Below are positions 24,147 through 39,058 of a stretch of DNA of 64,000 nt, piece by piece (positions within the stretch are counted from its first letter, which is position 1; each line of letters opens with the position of its first letter). Position numbers and translations under genes: made by a program. This DNA is from Octopus vulgaris (lineage: Eukaryota): contig OX597824.1 of the NCBI GenBank assembly GCA_951406725.2, forward strand, positions 67,270,001-67,334,000, given 5' to 3'. The notes beneath the pieces were generated by a model that saw only the letters and a list, made by a program, of their open reading frames with translations, searched no databases and was not told the origin of the DNA.

Positions 24147-24186
24147 CTATGTTTCTGACGAAGAGCTCTGCTCGAAATGTTAAATC
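24147..24186 (+). ncRNA. Degenerate minimal hammerhead
   Basis: gtttCUGACGAa gagc-tct-gctc GAAAtgttaaat; stem III would be the palindrome aacgtt if one T were C. Confidence 0.45.
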
Positions 24187-24809
24187 CTCCTTCTTTCTTT
24201 CCTTTCCTGAGTGTCCAATAACACTATACTTGTTCCACGTCCTCGCGTTGTTGTGTTTTCATGTTTGTGTTTTCATGTTTGGATTAACTATATATATATA
24301 TGTGTGTAAATATTCTAGAAATAATGATAATAGCTATTTCAAATTTTGCCACAAGAGCAGCTTGGGGAAGGTGGAGATGAATCGATTACATTGACCCCAG
24401 TGTTCAAATGGTACTTATTTTATCGACTCCAAAAGAATGAAAGGCTAAGTTGGCTTCAGTGAAATTTGAACTCAGAGTTTAGCAACGGGCAAAATACCGC
24501 TAAACATTTTGTCCAGTGCGCTAACGATTCAGCCAGATTGCCACCTTTTTAAATAGTAATAACAACATTATATAATCTTAAAGCTTATAACCAATCGCCA
24601 TGTATGGACTAAAGAAAATAGTGTAATATTGGGTATTTTTCATTAGTAATCACATATTAGCTTTAAGCTTATAAAATATTATTATTTACAGAACTGTCAC
24701 TAGTCACCACCTCATAAATCATTGCAGAAAATGCATATATACATACATACATAAAAAATTCTCTCTATATATCTATCTATACACATGTGTATATATATGT
24801 ATGTGTGCA

Positions 24810-24856
<47 letters not shown>

Positions 24857-25081
24857 ACATATATATATATGCATGCATGTATGTATGTATGTATGAATGT
24901 ATGTATGTATGTATGTATATATGCATAGTGATAGTTATAGATAGTATGTATTAGTTTATGTCTGCATTTGATAAAATATTGCCGGCTGTTTAAATGAATT
25001 TATTAGCCATTCAATACATATACATACATATACATTCGCACACAAACACACACATACATGCATGTATATATGTGTACACAT

Positions 25082-25118
<37 letters not shown>

Positions 25119-26976
25119 CGCGTGGTGTGTGTGTGTGGGTGTGTAGCTTTGTGGTTAGGGTTTTGTACTCATGATCATAAGTTTGTGGTTTTGATTCCTG
25201 GACTGGATGATACACTATGTTCTTGATCAAAACGCTTCATTTCCCATTGCTCTTGTTCCCTCAGCTGGCAAAATTGATCTTGCAACAGACTGGTTTCTCA
25301 TCCACGAGTGAATTTATATGCCACAGAATTCAGGAAATCTGCCTTATGAGCTTATGGTCCAGGAAGGACCATTGATCCTTCTGATATATCAGCATCATCA
25401 TTTAATGCCCATTTTCCATGCTGGCACTGGCTGGGATGGTTTGACAGGAGCTGGTAAACTGGAGGGCTGCACCAGGCTCCAGTCATCTGTTTTGGCATAG
25501 TTTCTACAGCTGAATGCGCTTTCTAATGCCAAGCACTTTACAGAGTGTACTGAGTGTTTTTTCTGGAGCTCCAATGTGGATGCTTTTTATGTGGCACCAG
25601 CACGGATGCTTTCACATGGTATCAGCACAGGTGCTTTTTACATGGCACCAGCATGGGTGCTATTCTTAATATGTTCCAGCAGATTTGATCATGAATATGT
25701 GAATCACTGTTGTATTTCAGTCATTTGAGAACACCTTCCACTTTCTGAGAATGTGTGTTGGAAACATACTCCATCCATTGAGGTAAGGAGGATTTGAAAC
25801 ATTGCAGTGTTTCAACCTGACTGTCTCCTCAGTAAAAGCTACCCTTGGAACAATAAATCAAAACAAGATGAGAATTCTTGTTTATAGAACTCTTATTTCT
25901 TATTTCATTACTGCCTACAATTGGCTAAACACAGAGGGACAAACAAACGGATTAAGTCGATTATATCGGTCCCAGTGCATAACTGGTACTTATTTAATTG
26001 ACCCCGAAAGGACGAAAGGCAAAGTCGACCTCGGTGGAATTTGAACTCAGAATGTAGCGGCAGACAAAATACCGCTAAGCATTTCGCCCGGAGTGCTTAA
26101 GATTCTGCCAGTTCACCGCCTTCTTGCTTATAGAACTCTACCAGCAAATTATTTGCTAATGTGTGCTGATGTTGATCAAACTAATAATAAATTGCATGGA
26201 AAATAATGCAAATGAAAATGAGGATGTACATATACATTCTTAGGTGTTCTGACAGATCTCAGCGTGAGTATGAACCAGAGAGAACAAGAATGAAAACAAT
26301 TAGATACAAATTCATTCTGGATGAGTTTTAACATGAATGTATTAATTCTCCTTTCAGACAATGTATGTTGATCACACATACAATTTATTATCAGTATTAG
26401 AAAATAACTTTTTTGCTGCACTCTATAAGCAAGAGCCATTACTTTTGTTTGGTTTCATTGATCTGGTAGATATCACTAACTAAAGTGACACAACCAGGTC
26501 AAAACACTGGTGTTACATTACTGCAGGGTAGCACTCACTGAAGAGACACAATCAGGTCAAAACACTGGTGTCACACTGCTGTCAATGAATTGAGTGTGTT
26601 ATGAACACACATTGTCTGAACAGAAAAGGTATTCCCTGAGGAGAAAATACAATAGTGATTAACATATTCATGTTTCTCCAGCAGTTTGTTAACTTGTAGT
26701 ATTAGTGGCATTAATCTCACCAATATTGGAAAGTCCACATTGGTAAAAATGGGTTTGCATAGGGTCAACACCACTATCTAGAAAAAAGCAAAATTAGAGA
26801 AGCCTTGATGATAACTCAAAATCAGCAAGACCTGGGAGAGGAAGGCCTTCACTCAGAGACACATACAATACTGAAGCAAAGATAAAAAATGCAGAGATCT
26901 AACTGGAGAGAAGTAGAAAAGATAGTCCAGAGTGAAAAACGGTGGAGGATGGCCTATGTGCCATAGGGAGTGAAGG

Positions 26977-27279
26977 TTTGTTTCTTCCTTCTAGACCCAT
27001 GCTTGGCTCATATGGCCAGTTTCCCAGTTTCCTTGGCATATAGGCTCCCCACCTGGATGGGACACCAGTCTGTCACAGGTGAGCTGCAAGACTCAGGAGG
27101 AAAGAGTGAGAGAAAGTTGTGGTGAAAGAGTCAGCAGAAGTTTGTCATTACTGTCTGTTGGAGCCACATGAAGCTTAGGTGTTTCACTCATAAATACACA
27201 TATCACCCAGTCTGAGATTCGAACCCATGATCCCTCGACTGTGAGTCCTCTGCTCTAACCACTAGGCCATGTGCCTCCA
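26977..27279 (-). mobile_element. SINE with family-B-like head and a different 3' part, inserted in an RTE relic
   Basis: TSD catagggagtgaa(a)gg on both sides. Related copies at 58455-58751 and 53620-53975. Confidence 0.82.
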
Positions 27280-27657
27280 CATAGGGAGTGAAAGGCTTAG
27301 GTAAAGCTTAAGTGATAATATAAACCATGTTTTGTCGTAGCTGTTTTAGATTCTTGTGTACTCATGAACCCTCTCACTCTTAACACTCCAACTCTTGAAT
27401 CAATGAAATGTTCAGAATGAGACAAAAGGAGGGAGAAAGTGTTATACATAGTTGGTACTCATTACAGTTGAGCAGAGTGGAGCAACATGAAATGAGATGC
27501 CTTGCTCAAGGACACAACACACTGCGAGGTCTAGGGATTGAACCCATGACATTATGACTGGGAGTCTAGCATGCTACCCACTAGGCCACATGTTTCCACC
27601 ATTAATAAAGAAAATACAGAAAAAATATTTACAGAAGACATAATTAAAAATTCTTAC

Positions 27658-27770
27658 CTGAATGGGTCCTGGTATAAGCAGATGAATCTGGTTTAAGCTA
27701 AAGTTCTTTGTCTTTAGTTTCTTCAATTTATAAATGTTCTGGCCATGCATTGGTGATATGTTCTGATATT
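27658..27770 (-). CDS. Delta/DSL-like gene, coding exon 3
   Basis: Acceptor ttcctttccag| (alternative in-frame acceptor at 27791); donor CAG|GTAAGA; phase 1 to 0. Encodes EYQNISPMHGQNIYKLKKLKTKNFSLNQIHLLIPGPIQ. Confidence 0.7.
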
Positions 27771-27838
27771 CTGGAAAGGAACTGAATATTACTGAAAGAT
27801 TCATAGATGGGATTACAATTTCCTACTTTGGAAACAAT

Positions 27839-27873
<35 letters not shown>

Positions 27874-28255
27874 CGACAACAATAATAGCACTAGCAACAG
27901 CTGCAACTACAATATCAACAACAACAGCAATGCCATCTACTTCATTAATGTTATTAGCAACAATATTGATGAAGCCACAATGAAGTTACTTGATCCACAA
28001 GAAATAGTCGAGGAAGATTTGTCTGCTAGAAAATGTAGATAAATCCTCTCCAAGTCAAACACTACTGCCATAAATATAAGGAGCTTGTCTATCCTGGAGA
28101 GGATAGTCTTGGATACACTAGGATGATGACGGCTTGAATGCTTTGGATCACAGGCCTGCTTGACCAGTACAAGCCTGGGGCTTAAACAATAAAAAGAACA
28201 ATCACTACTACAAAACAACAACAAAAACAGCATCAACAGCAACACCACCAGCAAT

Positions 28256-28359
<104 letters not shown>

Positions 28360-29583
28360 GCAGCAGCAGCAACAACGGCCGTTCAAGAATTTGGACCTGG
28401 AGATCTCCATTTTCAGCGACTTCGAGGGGCACCTCCGAGTGGTGTTGGGCGTCAATGAAGAGCCCTCAACTACAACAAGACGACCAAAGTTTTTTTCTTT
28501 TTTTCCAAGATCTGGGGTCTCCCGCCCCTAAGCCCTGGACCATCACCTAATCACCCTTACCCGTCTTGTTGCTTAACAACAACAGCAGCAGCAACAACAC
28601 CAGTGACGTACATGAATAAGTAAGGAGGCCACTATGTGGCTGGTTATTCTGCTAGATGTAGCAGTCAAATTTCCCCGCTCTCAAAATTTCTTGTCTTGCA
28701 AGTTACTTGGTAACCCTGCCAGTGCTGATGCCATGTAAAAAGCATCCAGTCCACACTGTAAAATGGTTGGTATTTGGAAGAGCATCCAGCTGTAAAAATC
28801 ATGCTGAATCTGTCTTTGCCTGTGTTGGTATCACATAAAAAGCACTCAGTTCACTCTATAGAGTGGTTGATATTAGGAAGGGCATCCAGTCATAAAAAAC
28901 CCTACCAAAACAGATAGCAGCCGGGGGAAGCCTTCTACCTGACCGGCTCCTGTCAACTATCCTACCCATGTATGTATGCATGGAATATGGACATTAAACG
29001 ATGATGATGATGATGATGATGATGATATACTCTATAGTTTCATTAGATAATGTAGATGTGTAGATCTAGATACATTATGATTGAATAAAATAAGCAATGG
29101 GCAAAGCTGGAATGCTTTTGTTTCTAGATTTTCTAAATCGGAGCTGACCTACAACTAAACAAACAACAGTAGCAGTGACAGAAGTATTATTAATGTTTTC
29201 TTCCTTGAAAAGAAAATTGACTTCTTGATCGTTGTTTGGTAAAACATTTTGGCTGTTATTTCTTGCAAAATAGTGTCCTTTACATCATCTCACATATTAC
29301 TTATGTAATGAAACATAAATATTCAAAATGAAAGACTGCTGAGATGTGCAAGATTCACACTTTGATACTGTAGTAGGCTCCAAACTTCACAGTTCCTGTC
29401 TTGAAATTTTCAGTCACTTTAACAACAAATTCACTGATGTCAACAAAATCAACAGATATAACTGTATGATTACAAAGTTCACTTCACAACTATATATTTG
29501 ATATGGGACTCAATTCTATTGCTCAACACTTTGGGCAAGTGTCTCTTCCTATAGCCTCAGATTCACCTAAGCCTTTATTATAT

Positions 29584-29990
29584 AGGCGTTGGAGTGGCTG
29601 TGTGGTAAGTAGCTTGCTTACCAACCACATGGTTCCGGGTTCAGTCCCACTGCATGGCACATTGGGCAAGTGTCTTCTACTATAGCCTCGGGCCGACCAA
29701 AGCCTTGTGAGTGGATTTGGTAGACGGAAACTGAAAGAAGCCTGTATATGTGTGTGTGTGTGTGTGTGGATGTGTGTGTGTGTGTATGTTTGTGTTTGTT
29801 CCCCCAACATCGCTTGACAACCGATACTGGTGTGCTTACGTCCCTGTAACTTAGCGGTTCAGCAAAGGAGACCGATAGAATAAGTACTAGGCTTGCAAAG
29901 AATAAGTCCTGGGGTCGATTTGCTTGACTAAAGGTGGTGCTCCAGCATGACCACAGTCAAATGACTGAAACAAGTAAAAGAGTAAAAGAG
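29584..29990 (+). mobile_element. SINE family A copy
   Basis: Same head, body and tail as 23113-23538. Confidence 0.9.
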
Positions 29991-30605
29991 GAAAACTGTA
30001 GAAGCCTGTCAAATGGACTAGTTCTTAGTTTTAGTTCTTAGATGGTAGACTCCATCTGTTGTTCAGCTTAACACCACTACTAACTTGGTCCTGAGGTCTC
30101 TTTTCATCATGTCCACTCTGTTATAAGCATTTAGACGAGGTTTCTGGTTTGATGTTAACTTGTTCTCTTCCTCCTGTTTTGGAGTCATGGATATTGCCCT
30201 TCTTCATCTGACAGTGAAAATAAAAGTCTAATTTGTTCTGAGCATTTTGCTCAGATTTATACCAGCACAGATATGGGCTAAAAAACAAGATTTATTGAGC
30301 TTCAATCAAGCATATTTTGTATGCATTTGCTGTGGCAACTACAACAACCTACAGACATACAAAAAGAGTTTGGATAGCAGAGAAAACAAATCATGTCCAG
30401 ATTACATCATTGCAGCTTATATAAAAAGCCTACTGCGTGTTTGATATATGTGTAATGATCCTCAATTTGGCTGTGACATGGTAAATCTGAGCTACTGGTT
30501 GGTCTGAATTGTATCATAGGTCTTCTTAAACAAAGGTTTATTGAAACTATATCACTACCATCGGCAAAACAGCGAAAACAACAACAACAACAACAACAGC
30601 AGCAG

Positions 30606-30637
<32 letters not shown>

Positions 30638-31132
30638 ACGGCAGCAGCAGCAACGGCAGCAGCAGCAACGGCAGCAGCAGCAACAGCAGCAGCAGCAACG
30701 GCAGCAGCATCAGCGGTAGCAGCAACAACAAAATTTGCAACAATTACTGATAGAAATGAATCAACAAGGGAGCTTCTATGCAGTGCTTGATCTGCTAGAA
30801 ATCATCAAATCCCTCTCAAACCAAATTACTATCTTAAAATAAACAGAACAGTCGCAGCTGGAATACCTTTGATCGTAAGCCCACTCAATCAGAGTCGACC
30901 TTAGGCTAAACAATCACAGCAGCAACACAAATTGACAAGAGAGGCTTGATGCAGTAGAAGTGGTAACAAAATCTGTCTCAAATCATCCTCAACCATCTTG
31001 TCTTAAAAATAGAAGAACACATTATATTCAGCTAGATCTGTAAAAATATCTGATGGGATGGTCACAGCTGGAAAGCCTTTTGTAAAGTCAGAGAGTTCAA
31101 CAATGACAACAACAATAACAACAGCACATAAA

Positions 31133-32470
31133 TATTCGGTCATCCCATAAATAATGCAGTTTTTTATACTTATTTTATTTTTCAAAATTAAGATAAACAA
31201 AGTTCTTTTTGAATCTATAATGTACTCTCCTTCATTTTCTACAATGATCTTCCATCTATCTGGTAGACTTGCAAGGGCCCTCTTCTAAAATTCACTTAGC
31301 CCTGATGAAAAATACTCCTCCATTACTGTTCTGGTCATGTATACACAATTCATATTTTTTCCATCCAAATGATTTTGAAGACTGTGAAATAAATGATAAT
31401 CAGATGGGGCAATGTCCGGCGAATATGGTGGGTGGAGATCATTTCCCATTCAAACTACTCCAACCTTTGAAATGTCATCCTCGCTATATGTGACCGAGCA
31501 TTATCCTGATGGAAGAACACCTTTTGTCTTGAAACCAAAGTTGGTCGTTTTTCTTCAAGCACTGACTTAAGCCACTCAAGCTGCTTGTGGTAGATCTTTG
31601 TTATCATTTAGTTTAAAACTTCAAAATGGACTAAACCTTTCATGTTCCACCAAACAGATAACAACATTCTACGTGGGTGAAGACCTCCCTTAGCCTGGGC
31701 TGCCGGTGTTTCTCCTTTCCTTACCCACTGTCTTTAGCACTTGACACTTTTATAGAGAACCCATTTCTCCTCACCAGTCACTATTTGGTCCAAAAAACGT
31801 TCATTTATGAGACATGACAGCAAAGGAGAACACGCATTCACTCTCTGTGGATGATTAAACTTGGAAAGTTTGAGGAACTCATTGACCCAATTTGATGACA
31901 TTTCCGATGGCACGCAGGTGTCAATGAATGGTTGAATGACCAAATCCAAGCTTCTCTGCTAATTCTTCCATAGTTACGATGGAATTTTGTCCCACCAGGG
32001 TTTGCAGGATATCCTCATTGAGCTCTAACAGATCTTCCAGGATGAGACTCGTTTTCTAGGCTGTAGTTTCTAGCTCAGAATTTCTGGATCCACCGTTGAC
32101 ACTGGCTTACACTTATTGTCTGATCCCATATACTACATTAATATTCCTTGTATTTTCTATTGCGTTGTTGCCTTCATCGAACTCGTAAAGCAAAATATGC
32201 CGAATATGCTCCTTTGTTACTTCCATTATAGCTTTGAAGAAATAACTTTTAAATCGAACTGCACTCTTCAAAACTTGCTCTAAGAATAAGCTGATTTTTT
32301 TATTTCCCACAAGGGGACAACATAGAAAGAGAATAAGCACTAAGAATAAGCACATGGTAAAATTACTACCTGCTTTTATAGCAAGCTGATGCAAGCTGTT
32401 TATCCCATCCCCATCTGACTTTTAGTTCAAGCAATTGAGAAATCCACATTATTTATGGGATGACCCAGTA
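31133..32470 (-). mobile_element. Full-length decayed mariner with TIRs and TA ends
   Basis: Left TAttcggtcatcccataaataatg and right cattatttatgggatgacccagTA are inverted repeats. Disrupted transposase (HIRHILLYEF, FLDQIVTGEEKWVLY). Confidence 0.92.
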
Positions 32471-32496
32471 GAAACAACAACAACAACATCTCTTAC

Positions 32497-32707
32497 CACT
32501 TGGGAAGGTAAATCTTCTCTGTACAAAGCAGTCCCCGTCTGGGTATGAACTGGGCATCTTTCTCAGACAAGCATCAATTATTATAAACTTGGAAGTGAGG
32601 GTTGTGTTGTTATTGACACATGCTTCACTGAAACAGGATCTCCATGTTACCTCAAGCAATGGATCGACGTCCAGATCCAATACAGAATTGCCAAGCGTTA
32701 ACACAAA
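32497..32707 (-). CDS. Delta/DSL-like gene, coding exon 2 (MNNL/C2-like N-terminal domain)
   Basis: Long polypyrimidine tract plus ttccag| acceptor; G|GTAAGA donor; phase 0 to 1. Encodes FVLTLG...SCFSEAC...FIIIDACLRKMPSSYPDGDCFVQRRFTFPS, resembling the Delta MNNL pattern FFRVCLKHYQ..PEPPC. Confidence 0.8.
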
Positions 32708-33503
32708 CTGGAAGGAGATAAAAGAAAGAAAAAAAAACATGAAAACAGATTGTAATCTCATCTTCATCATCCCCATTGTATCTCTACCATCTACTGGCAC
32801 CACGATGATCGTCATCAGCATCATCATCATCATTACCATCACTGCCATCACCTCTATCTTCACCATCGCTACCACCACCATCATCATCATCACTGTCACA
32901 TCATTTTCATCATGCCACCATCATTACCAACACAACTACTAAACAACCACCACCACCACCACCGCTGCCACCACCAGCAACAAAACAACAATAACAATGA
33001 CAACAGTAATGCCGCCACTACCATCAATTCTGCCACCACCACCACTACCACCACCATCACTACCACCACCACCACCACCACCATGACCACTGTTGGTGCT
33101 ACACCACAATTATTATCAATACCACAATCACAAATACCACCACCCTGATCACTGTCGTCACCACTATCACCAACACAACTACTAAATTTACTACACCACC
33201 ACCAAACCACCACCAGCACCACCATTACAATCAGTAATAACAACACAAGTGGAAGGAACCATAGATGTTAGTGAGAGAGAGCTTTTATATGATCACTTGA
33301 TCAGTTAGAAATAGCAGCCAAATCTCACACAATTCTCCTGATACTGTGTTGCAAAAAGAAAAGATACATTGGATAATTAGTTGTAGACATCGAAAACGAT
33401 GGGGGTAGCCATGGTCAGAATGCCTTTGATCATATATCAACTGTATCAGTGCTGACCTGGAACTAATAATAATAATAATCATCATCACCATCATCATCAT
33501 CAC

Positions 33504-33632
33504 GAAGAAGAAGAAGAAGAAGAAGAAGAAGAAGAAGAAGAAGAAGAAGAAGAAGAAGAAGAAGAAGAAGAAGAAGAAGAAGAAGAAGAAGAAGAAGAAG
33601 AAGAAGAAGAAGAAGAAGAAGAAGAAGAAGAA
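33504..33632. repeat. (GAA)n microsatellite
   Basis: Perfect trinucleotide run of ~43 units. Confidence 0.95.
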
Positions 33633-34039
33633 GGTGTCTCTAGTAGACAAATCTTTTTAAATAACAAAAATTAAATTAATGCAGTCCTTGATAAGCTTTG
33701 AAAGATAGTCGTGGCCAGATTGCTTTTGATAAAGGGGTTACCCAATTAGGTCTAACCTGGGATTAAACTACAACAACAACAACAACAACAACAACATGAT
33801 AACAGTGACGAAGATGCTACCATTCCTCCTACCACCACTATCAGTATGCCTCTATGTGACCAACCACAGGATCCATTAAAAATTACAAATAAATCTCCCT
33901 CAAGTCAAATATACATGAAAAAAGAACACTTTAGAATAATGTGGTTTGAGGTACCCATATATCTAAGACAGGATGGTCGTGAATAGAATTCTTTTGATTA
34001 TAATTCATTTTGGTCAAAAGAGGACATGAAGTTAAACAT

Positions 34040-34090
<51 letters not shown>

Positions 34091-34154
34091 TATAACTGCT
34101 AGTTGTTGAGATCAACACATGGTCTAACGCGCTGCGTATCTCGATTCAATTTAG

Positions 34155-34236
34155 GCGTCTCGCTGATGAAACCAGCCTTAGCAAACATTCTGTGTTTTGC
34201 TAGAAAGAGGTAGAAACTGATATCAGTCCGAGATGT
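34155..34236 (+). ncRNA. Type I hammerhead ribozyme
   Basis: Stem I gcgtctcg/cgagatgt; CUGAUGA; stem II acc/ggt with inner tagcaaa/tttgcta; GAAA; palindrome actgatatcagt; GUC site. Confidence 0.8.
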
Positions 34237-34338
34237 AAAGTTATCGCTAAATGTTTTTGATTTTCACTCTCGATAAATTTATCTCCTTTTTGTGTTCCCA
34301 GCACTTGGCATCCTTATTTAGGAGCCCTTAATTATATT

Positions 34339-34392
<54 letters not shown>

Positions 34393-34642
34393 TTATTTGA
34401 GGGAATAAAATCCAAACTTACAAGGAAAAAGAATTCAGTTCAGAAATATTAAATCAAATTCCACACAATATAATATATATGTAAAATATTAGAAAATAAA
34501 CACCTTTTATCAATTCAAAATGAATAATTAAATTACACCATCTAGAAAATTACATATAATAGAAAAGTTAAAATTAAAATAACAATAAAAAGTAAAAATT
34601 AAGTAAATTACAAAAATAATATAATGTATATAATAGGTAGAA

Positions 34643-34728
34643 AAACGACATGTGTTTCGCTACTATATTTAAGAAATGATTATAGTAGTAGAGAAATCAC
34701 TTTCATATAAATAGTCACTCATCAGGTT
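34643..34728 (-). ncRNA. Hammerhead-like motif
   Basis: Stem I aac/gtt; CUGAUGA; stem II with actat/atagt and gtgatt/aatcat; GAAAcacatGUC. Confidence 0.6.
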
Positions 34729-34757
34729 AAAAATATAACAGAATAATTAATTAATAC

Positions 34758-34799
<42 letters not shown>

Positions 34800-35116
34800 A
34801 TTCTAAATATACATAAGTGAAAAATAAAATAGTACTTCAATAATTAAATACTTTAAAATTAAATAAAATACACAAAGCTATTACATGTCATTAAATTGTA
34901 ATCAAAATAAGAAATGTTTCAAATATAGACAAACTCCTTAAATAAGCTAACCATATAATAAAAATACATGTGTAGTATCTATAGATTTAATATAACAATC
35001 TATAACAAAATTGACTAATTATCAAATAATATAATACCTAATTAACTTAAATTTCGTATTACAAATACATAATCCACCTATATATCAATATATAATATAA
35101 TATATTATAATAAAAA

Positions 35117-35158
<42 letters not shown>

Positions 35159-36073
35159 GCGAGAATAATATATTAATGGAAAATAAGAAAACCTATCAAC
35201 CCCAAATTAAAGAAAGGTGCTAAAATATTAGAACCAAAGAACAATACACTATGAAGATGTACAATCACAATCACCAGTCCTCTACCAAACCAGTTAATAA
35301 CATTATCAATAATAACAACGATCAAAGTCAAAATAATAGCAAGAACTAACTAATATTGATAAGCAAACTAAATAACTAAGTTCAACGATTCTGTTAATCT
35401 ATCTAGATTTTAAAATGATAAGTGTCTAATTAATCAACTCAATTGATTCCATTCATGAAAAATACAATAAAAAATTTGAAAAAGTACAAATACACTCAAA
35501 TCCATTATATAAACTCTTTATATTAATATCCATGTATAATATCTATAGATTTAATATATCACACGATATATTAAATTATATGGTTAGCTTATTTAAGTTT
35601 ATGTTTATAGTAAATATAATTTATATATATAATTCCATCTAATGATATAATGAAATAGGTATGCACTATAAGCTCTTGGGCTGGTTTACCACTAAAACTC
35701 TGTCTTGAACTGCAGCTAAAACAAAGGTGGTGTTGTAGCTGCCTAGTAAAGAATGGCTGTAAGTGGTTCATCATTGAGTGGGTAGATATATATATTGGTT
35801 TCAAATTTTGGCACAAGGCCAGCAGCTTTGGGGAAAGACCTAAGCCAATTAAACCGACTTCAGTGTTCAACTGGCATTTATTTTACTGACCCTGAAAACA
35901 CGAAAGGCAAAGTTGACCCCAATGGTATTTGAACTCAGAATGTAAAGATGGACGAAATTCTGCTAAGCATTTCATGCAGTATGCTAATGATTCTGCCAGC
36001 TCATCACCTTAGCAGGTAGATATACATTAGAAAGAAAGAACAATTGAGCAAAACCTGCATAGCCACTTTAGAG

Positions 36074-36329
36074 CAGTGGTTCTCAGTTGGGGTCCATATG
36101 ATCCTTAGAGGTTGGTCCATATAAGATTTTGTTAAGGTTTATGTAAAATAAATTGGTTATACTTCTACAATACACAAAATATTTTTGTAATTTTTTTTTA
36201 TACAGTTCTTAATAATATCTAATTATAAAGATGCAATAGGATTTTTTAAACATCGAATGTCTATGGAAGTACGGTAGAGTAATATAGAAACCAAAGGGAT
36301 CCATAGGCAAAAATAGTTGAGAACTACTG
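36074..36329. mobile_element. hAT (Charlie-like) MITE
   Basis: TIRs cagtggttctca / tgagaactactg with a perfect 8-bp TSD CTTTAGAG on both sides. Confidence 0.88.
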
Positions 36330-36410
36330 CTTTAGAGCATGTAATTTATAATTCAAACACAATTGTAGAGTAGTTAGAGGAAATAAAGGATTAATAAATA
36401 ATGCATAAAG

Positions 36411-36504
36411 TCTCTTACAGCTGTTTCTAGAATTGCTGTGCATATGGTACAAAGATCATTGAGCGAAGATTTCCATATAAGCCAACTATAATGTCCTCAG
36501 AGAG
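36411..36504 (-). ncRNA. Degenerate hammerhead motif
   Basis: Stem I ctct/agag; CUGAGGA; decayed stem II (atatgg/ccatat); GAAA, palindrome acagctgt, GUA site. Confidence 0.5.
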
Positions 36505-37282
36505 GAAGAATTAAAGAATATCCTTCATAAATGATATTCAGACTGTCTAGTTCCATCATTGAAGAATCAAGGAATATCTTTAGTAAAAGATAATAGTAGT
36601 TACTAGTTCCATCATTGACGAAGTAGTCACTACTTCTATTCTTTTACTATGTATATTCCTTGATTTTTTTTTATTAAAATAGCAGACAAAATGCCTTGTA
36701 ATGCTTATTTCAGCTTCTTGTGTTTTGAGTTCAAATCCTGACAAACAGACTGCCTTTCATCCTTCTATCATCCATTTCTCATGCTGATGTGGGTTGGATG
36801 GTTTGACAGAACTGGTGAGCCAGAGGGTTGCACCAAATCCGTGTCTGCTTTGGTTGGATATCCTTCCTAACACCAACTACTTTACAGAGTGTACTGAGTG
36901 CTTTTATGTAACCCTGGCACTTGTCAGATCACCTTGTAGCTTACAAGACAAGGTACTCTCAATTGAGTGGAGAGTAGTACTGAGGGAGGCTTTAAGCCAA
37001 GTGATGAGAGGCTAAGTGTGATAGAAGGATAGGAACAGGTGTTTTGATAATAAGAATAGTTTCAAATTTTGGCTCAAGGCCAGCAAGGTTAAGGGAGAGG
37101 TAAGGTGATTACATTGACCTCAGTCATCAACTGGGACTTATTTCTTTAGCCCTGAAAGGATGAAAGACAAAATCGACCTCAGCAGAATTTGAACTCAGAA
37201 TGTAAGGACAGATGACATGCTGCTAAGCATTTTGTGTAGCATGCTAATGATTGAGCCAGCTTGCCACCTCAAATAATAATGA

Positions 37283-37391
<109 letters not shown>

Positions 37392-37790
37392 GGTGGTGGT
37401 AATAATAACAATTATTATAATAATAATAATAATGATCTTATTGTATACAGTGCTCAGGTGCACCACAGTTAGTCAAACAGAGTGGAAATAGGGAACAGAA
37501 AGCAGACATATAAGTAAAATAAAAAGAGACAGCAATGAAAGCTAGTAGTACATGCACAGTACACTGTATAAAATACAAAAAGACAGAAAAATAAACAGTA
37601 AAAGAACCTTAAAGAAGAAAGGGTATCAGGAGTAGTGTTGGTGAATTTGGGGAAGAACGGAACTTTTGAAGGATACAGGGTCCTGACAGCTAACATCTGA
37701 CTTAAGTTCCATGCTTTGACAATTCCGAGCTTCGATAACTTTTTCCAAAAGTCATGGATGCTGTATGTATTTTTTAGTTTTATAATCACA

Positions 37791-37947
37791 TAGGAGTGGC
37801 TGTGTAGTAAGTAGTTCTTATGAACCACATGGTTCCGGGTTCAGTCCCACTGCATGACACATTGGGCAAGTGTCTTCTACTATAGTCTCAGGCCAACCAA
37901 AGCCTTGTGAGTGGATTTGGTAGACGGAAATTGAAAGAAGCCCGTCG

Positions 37948-37978
<31 letters not shown>

Positions 37979-38205
37979 GTATGTGTGTGTGTGTATATGT
38001 TTGTGTGTCTGTGTTTGTCCCCCACCCAACATCGCTTGACAACCGATGCTAGTGTGTTTACGTCCCCGTAACTTAGCAGTTCAGCAAAAGAGACCAATAG
38101 AATAAGTTCTAAGCTTACAAAGAATAAGTCCTGGGGTCGATTTACTCGACTAAAGGAGGTGCTCCAGCATGGCTGCAATCAAATGACTGAAACAAGTAAA
38201 AGAGT
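37791..38205 (+). mobile_element. SINE family A copy
   Basis: Same head, body and tail as 23113-23538. Confidence 0.9.
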
Positions 38206-39058
38206 AATCATGTCTATAGAAGAGATATTGAATTAAAAAAAAGGTGACCAAAGTTACTGCTGGAAAAATGGTAGTTAACTTTGAGGTCTTCTATCAACTC
38301 AGGTGCTGGGCATCAAAGCTTTGATATGCCAATGCCCAGAGATAAAATAAAGTATCAGTATAGTGCAATGGATTGGCTGAACTATTGCCCTGTGATATTT
38401 GGTTTGGCTAACTACGTTCTGAATTCAAATCCTGCCATAGCCAACCTGGATAGTAAACTTAATCTGTTGGCTGGTTCTTTAGTAGAGTGTATTCTGGCAT
38501 TAGCATTTGGGCCAGATTTGGAAATATCTTCTTTTCTACACTCCAGCCTTAGAACTCCTGTGCTGCCCTTCCTTCCTTCCTTCCTTCCTTCCTTCCTTCC
38601 TTCCTTCCTCACCTGAGTAATTAAAAAAAAACAAAAAAACAAAGGACATCACCATGGAAGAATGTACTCAGCCAACATCATGCTACTTACATATAGCACC
38701 ACCGCCACCACCACCACCACCACCACCACCACCATTACTATGGCCAGTGCAGATAAAAGCACTTTCCCAACATGCCACAATGTGGGATTGAACCTGAGAA
38801 TTCTTAGGTGCAAAGTGCAATACCACCACCACCATGTCCACCACTACCACCACCACCACCACCACCACCACCATCATCATCACAGCAAGCATTGCCATAG
38901 TCACCACCACCACCACCACCACACCACACCACCACCACCACCACCACCACTGCCACCGCCGCCGCCGCCACCGCCACCACCACTATCATCATCATCACAA
39001 CCTACACTACGACCTTCACAACCTCTACTTCCATCGTTAAAAAAAGCAAGTCCCTTAC

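Noticed and set aside
27658-27822. Longer version of DSL exon 3 using the AG at 27823
   Set aside because: With the upstream phase-1 donor this acceptor leads to a stop codon.
38611-38656. Alternative hydrophobic start exon (MVMSFVFLFFFNYS) with a GTGAGG donor
   Set aside because: Derived from a poly-T tract and phase 1, incompatible with the phase-0 acceptor at 32707; the 39097 exon fits better.
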